Part shown: piece after piece, positions 17,578-25,773 of the stretch
Position numbering within the stretch: position 1 is the stretch's first letter
Layout of the letters: each line of letters starts with the position of its first letter
Assembly (NCBI GenBank): GCA_001784695.1
Contig: MFRV01000004.1
Location: 1 to 47,592 of the forward strand
Direction of reading: 5' to 3'
DNA length: 47,592 nucleotides
DNA from: Candidatus Moranbacteria bacterium RIFCSPHIGHO2_01_FULL_54_31
GTDB lineage: Bacteria; Patescibacteriota; Minisyncoccia; Moranbacterales; UBA1568
The notes under the pieces: generated by a model
Seen by the model: only the letters and a program-made list of their open reading frames with translations
Databases searched by the model: none
What the model was told of the DNA's origin: nothing
Position numbers and translations under genes: made by a program

Positions 17578-19803
17578 ATGAATCATCACGAGCATACAAA
17601 AGAACAATATACCTGCCCGATGCATCCGGAGGTGCGGCAGGATATGCCCGGTAGCTGTCCTCAATGCGGGATGACGCTTATGGAGAAAGAGGAAATAAAA
17701 ACCGAGCCCGATACTTATGCCGGCCATGTGATGGGTGACCCATCCAAAATGGGGTTCTGGGGAAAGTTGAAAATAAGCATGTCAATGACTATGGGCATGG
17801 ATCATACCGGGCTGGCCGGGCGGGAGATGGCACGTCTTATGGAAATTGATATTAGAAATAAGTTTTTCTTTGCGTTCATATTAACCATACCGATCATTTT
17901 CTACTCGCCCCTCGGCACAGAATTTCTCGGGCTCAGCCTTCCGTCCCCGCTACCTCTTCCGTGGCTTCTTTTTCTTCTTACCACGCCGGTATTCTTCTAT
18001 TCGGGCTGGATTTTCCTCTACTCGACATATTTTGCGCTGAAGAATAAGACGCTCAACATGGCGGTGCTCATTGCTGTCGGTATTACGGCAGCCTATGGGT
18101 TCAGTGTTTTACTTACTGTGATCGGCAGCGCCGATTCCTACTATGAGGCGGCTGCTATGCTCATCACTTTCGTTCTTTTTGGCCACTGGATGGAAATGAA
18201 GTCTCGGCGCGGGACAACCGATGCCCTGCAAGCGCTTTTCAATCTCGTGCCGCCTCAAGCAAGAGTTCTTAAGGACGGCACAGAAATGCTCGTTTCTACT
18301 GCAAAGATAGAACTCGGAGATATTATTATTCTGAAGCCAGGTGACAAAGTTCCTGTCGATGGCGAAATCATAGAAGGCGAGACGGCTATTGATGAAGCGC
18401 TGGTCACCGGAGAATCAACTCCTGCTTTCAAAAAAACCGGCGATCAGGTGATTGGAGGGTCAATCAACACCGTTGGTTCCGTAAGATTCAAGGCAACAAA
18501 AATAGGCTCTGATACTGCTCTCGCCCAGATTGTCCGCATGGTTGAAGAGGCACAGAATTCAAAAGCTCCCGGGCAAAGAATTGCCGACAGGTTTGCAAAA
18601 TACTTGGTCATTGCGGCTGTCGGGTCAGGACTTTCGGTTTTTATTATCTGGTATTTTATCGTCGGCTCACCGCTCCTCTTGGCGCTCTCCTTTGCCATCG
18701 CTACGGTTGTCATCGCCTGCCCGGATGCTCTGGGGCTGGCTACTCCGACGGCTGTCGCGGTCGGTACCGGCCTCGGTGCCAAATACAATATCCTTATCAA
18801 GGATGCTCCAACCCTTGAACAAGTATCAAAAATTCAAGCTATCGTACTCGACAAAACCGGTACGCTCACCGAAGGAAAGCCGGAAGTAACTGATATAGCC
18901 ACGGTAGAGGGTTTTGATTCAAATGAGGCGCTTCGTCTCGTCGGGGCAGCCGAAGCGAAATCATCGCACCCCTTGGCAGGCGCGGTGCTCGATGAGCTCA
19001 AAAAACGCGGGCTGACTGTGCCAGGGTCAGTTGATACATTCGAGAACCTTTCCGGTTTAGGAGTAAAAGCAGTTGTTGATGGGAAACGTGTGCTCATCGG
19101 TACGACGAAGCTTATGAAAGAAAGCAATGTTGACTTGGGCGTTTTGGGACAAAAAATCAATGAGTTTCTGGAACGAGGAGAGACCATCATGATCCTTGCC
19201 GTTGATGGCGCTGTTAAGGCCGTTATCGGGGCGGCTGATCCGATAAAACCCAATGCGGTAAAAGCGATAGGGCGTTTCAAAGAATTAGGCATTGAGATTG
19301 TGATGATCACAGGCGATAACACAATGACGGCAGAGAAAGTGGCGAGTCAGATTGGTATAGAAAGAGTGTTCGCAGAAGTGATGCCGGAAGATAAGGCGAG
19401 CTATGTCAAAAAACTTCAGCAGGAAGGCAAATGTACGGCCATGGTGGGCGATGGCGTCAATGACGCCCCGGCACTCGCTCAATCGGATGTAGGCATTGCG
19501 ATCGGTGCGGGTACGGATGTTGCGATCGAGACAGCGAAGGTTGTTCTTATGAAATCTGATCCGTTAGATATACTGCGAGCTATAACATTGAGCAAGGCAA
19601 CGGTCCGCAAGATGAAACAGAATCTTTTCTGGGCTTCTATCTACAATATCCTCGCCATACCGGTTGCGGGCGGCATTTTGTACCCGAGTTTCGGCATTAT
19701 GCTTCGCCCGGAGTTTGCGGCGCTGCTTATGAGTATTTCGTCGATAATTGTTGCAACGAATGCCGTATTGCTGAAACGAGTTGAATCGGAACTCAGAACT
19801 TAA
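17578..19803 (+). CDS. Heavy-metal P1B-type ATPase (CopB-like) with an N-terminal YTCPMHPE...CPQCGM metal-binding module and a TM4 CPD motif
   Basis: DKTGTLT, GDGVNDAP, TM5 YNILAIP, TM6 MSISSIIVATN. The TM4 motif reads IACPDALGLATP (codons 18718-18726). The N-terminus is CxxH...CxxC. Confidence 0.9.
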   Translation: MNHHEHTKEQYTCPMHPEVRQDMPGSCPQCGMTLMEKEEIKTEPDTYAGHVMGDPSKMGFWGKLKISMSMTMGMDHTGLAGREMARLMEIDIRNKFFFAFILTIPIIFYSPLGTEFLGLSLPSPLPLPWLLFLLTTPVFFYSGWIFLYSTYFALKNKTLNMAVLIAVGITAAYGFSVLLTVIGSADSYYEAAAMLITFVLFGHWMEMKSRRGTTDALQALFNLVPPQARVLKDGTEMLVSTAKIELGDIIILKPGDKVPVDGEIIEGETAIDEALVTGESTPAFKKTGDQVIGGSINTVGSVRFKATKIGSDTALAQIVRMVEEAQNSKAPGQRIADRFAKYLVIAAVGSGLSVFIIWYFIVGSPLLLALSFAIATVVIACPDALGLATPTAVAVGTGLGAKYNILIKDAPTLEQVSKIQAIVLDKTGTLTEGKPEVTDIATVEGFDSNEALRLVGAAEAKSSHPLAGAVLDELKKRGLTVPGSVDTFENLSGLGVKAVVDGKRVLIGTTKLMKESNVDLGVLGQKINEFLERGETIMILAVDGAVKAVIGAADPIKPNAVKAIGRFKELGIEIVMITGDNTMTAEKVASQIGIERVFAEVMPEDKASYVKKLQQEGKCTAMVGDGVNDAPALAQSDVGIAIGAGTDVAIETAKVVLMKSDPLDILRAITLSKATVRKMKQNLFWASIYNILAIPVAGGILYPSFGIMLRPEFAALLMSISSIIVATNAVLLKRVESELRT

Positions 19804-19817
19804 CCGGGAAGACTTCT

Positions 19818-20414
19818 ATGAAGAAAGGAATCGTTATTATCGTTCTAGTACTCGCTCTTATGGAAGGCGTTTCGTGGTGGGTCTATACATCCTTTGATTC
19901 AAGAGACGGAGAGAAACCAGAGAAATCTTTTGGACAGGAGCAAAGCCCCGTATCTCGTTCAGTCCCTGTTTCTATCAATACATCAGACCCGCGGCAAGAA
20001 ACGAGCCGGGAGAATATACCTGAAGTAACTGAAGAGCAAAGCACGCCTTCCCCGGTATCCTTGTCAGCACTTCCCCCAAAGGGGCTGGGTTCAGATTTCG
20101 CAAACTTCCCTCCACCTAGCACGGAGGTGGTAAATGGAAGAACGGAAAGAACCATCCATATGGGGGTAAGGCAATATGCGTGGGAGCCAGCGACTATCAC
20201 CGCCAAGAAAGGCGAGCTTGTCCGTCTCATTGTCCATAATGCCGATGTGTTGCATGGCTTGGTTATTCCCGATCTCGGGGTCAATCAGGATATTCCTTCC
20301 GATGGGGCAGTCGTAGAGTTCACCGCTAGCAAGGCAGGGACATTCGAGTTTTTCTGTTCAGTCTGGTGCGGAGAGGGGCATATGGAAATGAGGGGAAAGA
20401 TCGTCATCCAATAG
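19818..20414 (+). CDS. Membrane-anchored cupredoxin-domain protein with a CuA-like CxxxCGxxHxxM motif
   Basis: 198 aa. N-terminal TM and a Pro/Ser linker. The cupredoxin fold has an upstream His (VLHGLVIP) and FFCSVWCGEGHMEM (20355-20390), the same spacing as the cytochrome oxidase subunit II CuA site. Confidence 0.7.
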   Translation: MKKGIVIIVLVLALMEGVSWWVYTSFDSRDGEKPEKSFGQEQSPVSRSVPVSINTSDPRQETSRENIPEVTEEQSTPSPVSLSALPPKGLGSDFANFPPPSTEVVNGRTERTIHMGVRQYAWEPATITAKKGELVRLIVHNADVLHGLVIPDLGVNQDIPSDGAVVEFTASKAGTFEFFCSVWCGEGHMEMRGKIVIQ

Positions 20415-20440
20415 CGAAAGGCCTGGGACAATCAATGTAA

Positions 20441-20468
20441 AAAAAGCACCCCCGGAAAAATTCGGGGG
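20441..20468 (-). terminator. Intrinsic terminator of the minus-strand two-repeat protein gene
   Basis: CCCCCG / CGGGGG stem (20449-20468). On the minus strand it is followed by TGCTTTTTTT. Confidence 0.5.
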
Positions 20469-20491
20469 CGGGTCAACGGCGTTGCCGATAC

Positions 20492-21217
20492 TCAGGGAAC
20501 ATTTTGGAGGTCTTCCGGGATACCGCTGACATCATGTGAGACGGGCATCGCGCCTGGTAAAGCGGAATCAATCGTTTCCAATGACGTCAGAACATAATGA
20601 AAGTCGTTGTCCGCAGAAAAAACTTTTACTATACGCACTGTTTTTTTGCCAGTGTGGACAGACACTTCCCCGACAACAGCAAAGGTGATAGTACTGGCGT
20701 TGCAGAGTCCGGCATCCCGTTTGCTATTGAGGAGCGTGTCAGCCTCGTCAGTACCAGTGTTATCAACCAAGGATTCTGCTAGCTGATCAGCATCTTTCTG
20801 AAAGTGACAGTAGTAGGCTTCGCTTTCATAACGTGCGCCAGCAATCAGGCAGAATCTTACTTCTTTACCGGTGATGATATAGTGATGACCATTGGCTGCC
20901 TCGACTTCTACCACCCGTACCGTTCCATTGGCACCGTGGTATACAGCCGCCTCTCGGATGATAGAGAACGCTGCCGGCTTGACTGTGCATAATGCCTCTC
21001 GATTTTTTATACCGAGAAATGTATCAGCTTGAACAGTGTCTGTGGCGGAGAGTTCTGCCAACCTCTTTGTGTCTTCCAGTGACCGGCAGTAGGTGACATC
21101 GCTATCGCCGCTGTCGTAATAAGCTCCGGCAATCAAAGCATCTTCGGCAGATGCAGCGGTTGCGAAGCAGGATAGGCCGAATGCCGTCAGTACAGCTAGT
21201 AGCTTTTTCATCGTCAA
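20492..21217 (-). CDS. Secreted hypothetical protein built from two ~95-aa internal repeats
   Basis: Signal peptide MTMKKLLAVLTAFGLSCFATAASA. Two alignable halves (AGAYYDS...YC...LC...VRVVEVEAANGHHYIITGKE and AGARYESEAYYC...LC...VRIVKVFSADNDFHYVLTS). AT-richer than its neighbours. Convergent with the cupredoxin gene. Confidence 0.6.
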   Translation of the reverse strand: MTMKKLLAVLTAFGLSCFATAASAEDALIAGAYYDSGDSDVTYCRSLEDTKRLAELSATDTVQADTFLGIKNREALCTVKPAAFSIIREAAVYHGANGTVRVVEVEAANGHHYIITGKEVRFCLIAGARYESEAYYCHFQKDADQLAESLVDNTGTDEADTLLNSKRDAGLCNASTITFAVVGEVSVHTGKKTVRIVKVFSADNDFHYVLTSLETIDSALPGAMPVSHDVSGIPEDLQNVP

Positions 21218-21442
21218 TCTCCTTGTAAGGAACAGTGCTTGAATGAAGCAAAAGAGCGCTTCTGTACTTCGCTATGCCACTTTCTGGCAAGAAAGTACGC
21301 GCTTTTGCCATGATTTTTAATATCACGTGTCGAGTATAGCACTCTTGCCCCGCTTGGCAAGCCCGCTCCGCTTTTTATGGTAATATGGAAGCAGGGGTTA
21401 TTCTGGTGACGGAGGAAGAAATAATTCGAATAAAAAACGCAT

Positions 21443-22237
21443 ATGTCGGAAAAAACCATCGGGCAATTGTTTGATTTCACGGGCAAGACCGTCGTGGTGA
21501 CGGGCGGATCGATGGGTATCGGGTATGGGATAGCGAAACGCTTCGCGGAAGCGGGAGCGAATGTCGTCATCGCGGATATCGATGCGGCCTCCGGCGAAGA
21601 GAAAGTAGCGGCTATCGCAGCGGAGGGCAAGCGGGCGCTCTTCGTCAAGACCGATGTCAGCTCCGAGGGCGACGTGAAGCATCTCATCGCTGCGGCTGTC
21701 GAGGCATTCGGCACGATCGATGTGTTCGTGAACAACGCCGGCATCTATCCGAGCGTCCCGGTACTGGATATGGATCTCGCGCTCTGGGAGAAAGTGCAGG
21801 CCGTCAACGGGCGCGGCGTCTTTCTCTGCTGTCGCGAAGCGGCGCGTGTGATGAAAGAAAAATCTGCCGGCGTTATCATCAATGTCGCCTCTGTCGATGC
21901 GCTTCATCCGAGTATGGTCGGCTTGGCGGCCTATGACGCGTCCAAGCACGGCGTCTGGGGTTTCACGAAAAATTTCGCTCTCGAAGTAGCCAAGTACGGC
22001 ATCCGCGTCAATGCGATCGCTCCCGGCGGGGTGCTGACCGAAGGAGTGGAGCATCTGACTGGCGGCGCTATCCAAACGACCGCGACCGATACTGCCGCTT
22101 TCGCGGCCAAGATCCCGATGGGGCGGATGGCACAGCCCGATGAGATGGCGACGATCGCGCTTTTTCTCGCGAGCGATGGCTCGTCCTATATGACCGGATC
22201 GATCGTCGTGGCCGATGGAGGCGTGCTCCTGGCCTGA
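21443..22237 (+). CDS. SDR-family oxidoreductase (FabG/glucose dehydrogenase-like)
   Basis: TGGSMGIGYG cofactor motif, NNAG, and the catalytic S...YDASK. 264 aa. Confidence 0.85.
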   Translation: MSEKTIGQLFDFTGKTVVVTGGSMGIGYGIAKRFAEAGANVVIADIDAASGEEKVAAIAAEGKRALFVKTDVSSEGDVKHLIAAAVEAFGTIDVFVNNAGIYPSVPVLDMDLALWEKVQAVNGRGVFLCCREAARVMKEKSAGVIINVASVDALHPSMVGLAAYDASKHGVWGFTKNFALEVAKYGIRVNAIAPGGVLTEGVEHLTGGAIQTTATDTAAFAAKIPMGRMAQPDEMATIALFLASDGSSYMTGSIVVADGGVLLA

Positions 22238-22267
22238 AATATATATTCGCTGCAAGATATTTATGTG

Positions 22268-22894
22268 ATGCTCGGACTTTCCTCTCAAGAACTGGCGCTG
22301 TTTCGCCGACTGTCTTCGCCTGGCAAAATCCAGGATTACCTCGATACGCTGCCGTTCAATTACGAGAAGCGGGGCGATACCTGCCATTCGCCGCGCCAGG
22401 TGCTTCAGGCAGGAAAAGCGCACTGCATCGAAGGAGCGCTGCTCGCGGCTGCCGCGCTCTGGTTCCACGGCGCGGAGCCGCTCCTTCTTGATCTGAAGAC
22501 GCGGCCGGTCGATTATGACCACGTCGTTGCGCTCTACAAGAAGAACGGCTACTGGGGCGCCATCAGCAAGACCAACCACGGGGTGCTCCGGTTCCGTGAT
22601 CCGATATACCGCACGACGCGCGAGCTCGCGTTATCGTACTTCCACGAATACTTTATGAACGACACGGGGCAGAAGACGCTGCAGAGCTATTCGCGGCCGT
22701 TTTCGCTCAAGCGGTTCGGTACGGAGTGGGTCACGGCCGATGAAGACATGTGGCATATCGCCGATACCCTCGATACCGCCCGTCATTTTCCTCTCGTGCC
22801 GGCATCCAATGCCCGATCGCTCCGCAAAGCGAGTATCGTCGAAAGAAAGGCTGGCCGCGTCAGCGAATGGCAGAAAAAGGATCGCCGGACATAG
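22268..22894 (+). CDS. Hypothetical protein with a transglutaminase-like Cys-His-Asp core
   Basis: GKAHCIEGALLAAAAL (Cys at a helix N-terminus) followed by DHVVALY...GYWGAISK resembles papain/transglutaminase-like folds. A GTG at 22265 is an alternative start. Confidence 0.5.
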   Translation: MLGLSSQELALFRRLSSPGKIQDYLDTLPFNYEKRGDTCHSPRQVLQAGKAHCIEGALLAAAALWFHGAEPLLLDLKTRPVDYDHVVALYKKNGYWGAISKTNHGVLRFRDPIYRTTRELALSYFHEYFMNDTGQKTLQSYSRPFSLKRFGTEWVTADEDMWHIADTLDTARHFPLVPASNARSLRKASIVERKAGRVSEWQKKDRRT

Positions 22895-22906
22895 CGTACC
22901 CATTTC

Positions 22907-22936
22907 TTGACCTTTCTGGTATCTTCTGGTAGACTA
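22907..22936 (+). promoter_or_regulatory. Promoter TTGACC-18-TAGACT with extended -10 (TGgTAGACT) upstream of the SET gene
   Basis: TTGACC 22907-22912 and TGGTAGACT 22928-22936. Confidence 0.45.
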
Positions 22937-23013
22937 TCGTTTGTCAAAATAATATCTCTCAGATTGTCCTTGCGGGCGATTTTTTGTTGGTTCTATTCTC
23001 TTATCATTATGTT

Positions 23014-23406
23014 ATGCCAGAGCAGCAATTTTCGTATATACAAGTGAAGCGTTCCCAGGCCGGTCTTGGATTGTTTGCAGCGGCGCCGATCAAGCGTGGG
23101 AAAACGATCATCGAGTACGTCGGCAAGCGTATTCCGACCAGTGTCGGCGACACGCTCAACAATCGCTATATCTTCAACGTGAGCAGCCGCTGCGACATCG
23201 ATGGCAGCCCGCGCTCCAATACCGCCCGCTATATCAATCATTCCTGCCGTCCGAATTGCGAAGCGATCAATCGTCGCGGGCGCGTTTTCATCGTCGCCAG
23301 GAAAAACATCAAAGTGGGCGAGGAATTGACCTACGACTACGGCACAAGCTATTTCGAAGGCGTCATCCAGCCTGCCGGCTGCCGGTGCCAACAGTGTTTC
23401 GCATAA
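23014..23406 (+). CDS. SET-domain protein lysine methyltransferase
   Basis: GLGLFA, RYINHSCRPNCEA, ELTYDYG and the post-SET CRCQQC. ATG 23014 is preferred over TTG 22984 because a TTGACC-18-TGGTAGACT promoter lies at 22907-22936. Confidence 0.8.
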   Translation: MPEQQFSYIQVKRSQAGLGLFAAAPIKRGKTIIEYVGKRIPTSVGDTLNNRYIFNVSSRCDIDGSPRSNTARYINHSCRPNCEAINRRGRVFIVARKNIKVGEELTYDYGTSYFEGVIQPAGCRCQQCFA

Positions 23407-23479
23407 TTGACTTTTCGCGCAAACCCTGGCATACTTCCTGGATTATAAGCCGGCCGCACAGGCGAACGACGAGTGGACT

Positions 23480-24208
23480 ATGACAGAAGAAATAATCTTT
23501 CCTATCCGGATCAACCGCTACCTCGCTCTGCGTGGATTGGTGACTCGCCGCGCGGCCGATGACCTTATCGCGCGGGGGTTGGTGCTCATCAATGGCCAAA
23601 GAGCCGAACTCGGCGATCGCGTGGCAAGCGCCGAGACCCGGGTCGAAGTGCTCAAAGACAAGAAAACCGCTTCCAAAAAATTTACCTATGTCGCGTACTG
23701 CAAGCCGCGCGGCGTCATCACGCATTCGCCGCAGGGGGAGGAGTCTTCGATCGGAGATATCTCCGGCTTCGCGGGACTCTTTCCGCTCGGGCGCCTGGAC
23801 AAGGCCTCCGAAGGGCTCATACTACTCACCGATGACGGCCGTGTGACGGAACGGCTGCTCCATCCGCGCTATGCTCACGAGAAAGAGTATCTGGTGACCG
23901 TCCGTGAGAAAATCCTTCCCAGCGTGAAGATGATTTTCGAGGCGGGCATCGAGAATGACGACGAACGACTGACTGCCAAGCGGGTGCAGATACTCGGCCC
24001 GCACACGCTCTCGATCGTCCTGACCGAAGGCAAGAAGCACCAGATCAGGCGGATGCTCGATGCGGTGCATCTGACGGTAGAGAAACTGGTGCGCACGCGC
24101 ATTATGGGGGTGCACCTCGGCGCGCTGAAGTCCGGGCAATCCCGCCTGCTGAAGGGTTCCGCACGCGCCTCTTTCCTGAAGAGCATCGGTCTCGAAGAAA
24201 GCCTGTAG
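23480..24208 (+). CDS. Pseudouridine synthase, RsuA/RluB family (S4 domain plus catalytic domain)
   Basis: N-terminal S4 (RINRYLALRGLVTRRAADDLI..G.V.ING). Catalytic GRLDKASEGLILLTDDG and KKHQIRRM. Confidence 0.85.
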   Translation: MTEEIIFPIRINRYLALRGLVTRRAADDLIARGLVLINGQRAELGDRVASAETRVEVLKDKKTASKKFTYVAYCKPRGVITHSPQGEESSIGDISGFAGLFPLGRLDKASEGLILLTDDGRVTERLLHPRYAHEKEYLVTVREKILPSVKMIFEAGIENDDERLTAKRVQILGPHTLSIVLTEGKKHQIRRMLDAVHLTVEKLVRTRIMGVHLGALKSGQSRLLKGSARASFLKSIGLEESL

Positions 24209-24249
24209 AGAGTCTTCAATTTTCGGGCTGAAAAAGGTACTATACGGAT

Positions 24250-24753
24250 ATGGATATCGTATCACACGGATTGTGGGGGTCGCTCGCGTTCGGGCGGAGC
24301 ACCCGGAAAAGCTTTTGGCTGGCTTTCTTTTTCGGCATCGCACCCGATTTATTCTCATTCGGGACTTATATGGCCGCCGCGTTCTTGGGATTGAACAGCC
24401 ACGCCGATTGGAAGTCGGGCGAGCCGCCTGATCCGAGCCAGATCCCGATCTATGTGCACAACCTCTATGATCTCACGCACAGCCTGATCGTGTTCGCGGC
24501 CGTGTTCGCCCTGGTGTGGTGGTTCCGGAAGAAACCGCTCTATGAATTGGCGGCGTGGGGACTCCACATACTAGTCGATATCCCGACCCACGCCTACATA
24601 TTTTTCCCCACGCCGTTTCTGTGGCCACTCTCGGATTTACGTATCGATGGCATCCCGTGGAGCCACCCGATCATCTTCATCCCCAACGTCACGCTGCTCC
24701 TCGTTTCGTATTATTGGTTTTTCATCAGACCGCGGTTTACTGTGAAAGAATAG
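24250..24753 (+). CDS. Polytopic membrane protein, possibly a DUF457/YdjM-type metal-dependent hydrolase
   Basis: 167 aa and 4-5 TM. N-terminal MDIVSHGLWG and later His residues (THSL, HILVDIPTH) resemble the membrane-bound hydrolase family. A strong terminator follows. Confidence 0.5.
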   Translation: MDIVSHGLWGSLAFGRSTRKSFWLAFFFGIAPDLFSFGTYMAAAFLGLNSHADWKSGEPPDPSQIPIYVHNLYDLTHSLIVFAAVFALVWWFRKKPLYELAAWGLHILVDIPTHAYIFFPTPFLWPLSDLRIDGIPWSHPIIFIPNVTLLLVSYYWFFIRPRFTVKE

Positions 24754-24762
24754 CGGGGTCCG

Positions 24763-24796
24763 CCCCGCCTCTCGCGAGAGGCGGGGTTGATTTTTT
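24763..24796 (+). terminator. Intrinsic terminator after the DUF457-like gene
   Basis: The perfect palindrome CCCCGCCTCTCG/CGAGAGGCGGGG followed by TTGATTTTTT. Confidence 0.65.
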
Positions 24797-24815
24797 GGCC
24801 GAGACGTGCTATAAT
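24787..24815 (+). promoter_or_regulatory. Sigma-70-type promoter TTGATT-17-TATAAT with extended -10 (TGcTATAAT)
   Basis: Read directly: TTGATT 24787-24792 and TGCTATAAT 24807-24815. It sits immediately after the terminator of the upstream gene. Confidence 0.5.
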
Positions 24816-24888
24816 GAATGTAGAACTGAAGAAGCGGGTGCTCGAACGGGTACCCGTTTTTGCTTTTTATAAGCCATTTTTTCAGATT

Positions 24889-25512
24889 ATGCCGCACCAA
24901 AAGACTCCCAAAAACCAGCAAAACGAGCCGGAAAAAAAGCCAGTCAATCTGACGACTGTGACGCTGTCTCACAACGTCTTTTTCGGCATCATCCTGTCGC
25001 TCGGAATGGTCATCACGGGGCTGCTCTACGGCGCCTGCTGGCGCACGAGCACGCTCTCTATCGCGCCGCCTTCTCAGCCGGATCGGCAGATAGTGCTCGA
25101 GAGCCGCGTGCGCAAAGTGGTGGCAGGCTATCCGATCGAAACGATGGCGCCGTATATCGCAACGCACAAAAAAACGACGGCGGCGTTCCTCGTCGGTATC
25201 GCCAAGAAAGAAAGCAACTGGGGCAAGCGCATACCGCGATCGGAGGACGGCGCGGATTGTTATAATTACTGGGGGTATCGCGGAGAGGGAAGCCGCGGTA
25301 TGGCGATGGGGCACGGCTGTTTCGCCAGTCCCGAGGAAGCTATCGGCGTCGTCGGCGGACGGCTGGACACCCTGATACAGGAATACAAATTCGATACGCC
25401 GGCGGAGCTCATCGTGTGGAAGTGCGGCTGGAGCTGCGATGGCCATAGCTCAAAGAGCGTCAAGAAATGGATCAGCGACGTGGGATTGTATTCTGGCAAG
25501 ATTAAGAATTGA
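24889..25512 (+). CDS. Membrane-anchored hypothetical protein (possible lysozyme/transglycosylase-like domain)
   Basis: A canonical promoter at 24787-24815 argues against the ORF-track start at 24787, so the first ATG after the predicted TSS region is used. One TM helix. The GIAKKESNWG motif is reminiscent of glycosidase catalytic Glu contexts, but the call is weak. Confidence 0.45.
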   Translation: MPHQKTPKNQQNEPEKKPVNLTTVTLSHNVFFGIILSLGMVITGLLYGACWRTSTLSIAPPSQPDRQIVLESRVRKVVAGYPIETMAPYIATHKKTTAAFLVGIAKKESNWGKRIPRSEDGADCYNYWGYRGEGSRGMAMGHGCFASPEEAIGVVGGRLDTLIQEYKFDTPAELIVWKCGWSCDGHSSKSVKKWISDVGLYSGKIKN

Positions 25513-25584
25513 TCTTTCAATTGATAAAAAACCGCCCTCCGATAAAGACGAGTGGTTTTTTATCGGTGCCGATGCCTCTTGTTG

Positions 25585-25665
25585 TGGGCAGGGAGGGACT
25601 CGAACCCTCACTCCTTGCGGAACCAGTTCCTAAGACTGGCGTGTATACCATTCCACCACCTGCCC
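25585..25665 (-). tRNA. tRNA-Leu (anticodon TAG)
   Basis: Hand-folded 81-nt class II tRNA. Acceptor GGGCAGG/CCTGCCC, anticodon arm CCAGT-CTTAGGA-ACTGG, long variable arm TTCCGCAAGGAGT, T-arm GAGGG-TTCGAGT-CCCTC. No encoded CCA. Confidence 0.9.
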
Positions 25666-25773
25666 GTCGCATTATTTTTTAGTAGGCGTGTCTACCCCTC
25701 CCGTATCGCTATGTAAGCAAGCTTGTTTGCGAAACGTGGCGGGCAGGCATGCTACCTCACCCAGGCGTCATAC

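Noticed and set aside
21398-22579. 393-aa minus-strand ORF spanning the SDR and transglutaminase-like genes
   Set aside because: It crosses two well-supported plus-strand genes and their intergenic gap. The translation is Arg-rich and low-complexity.
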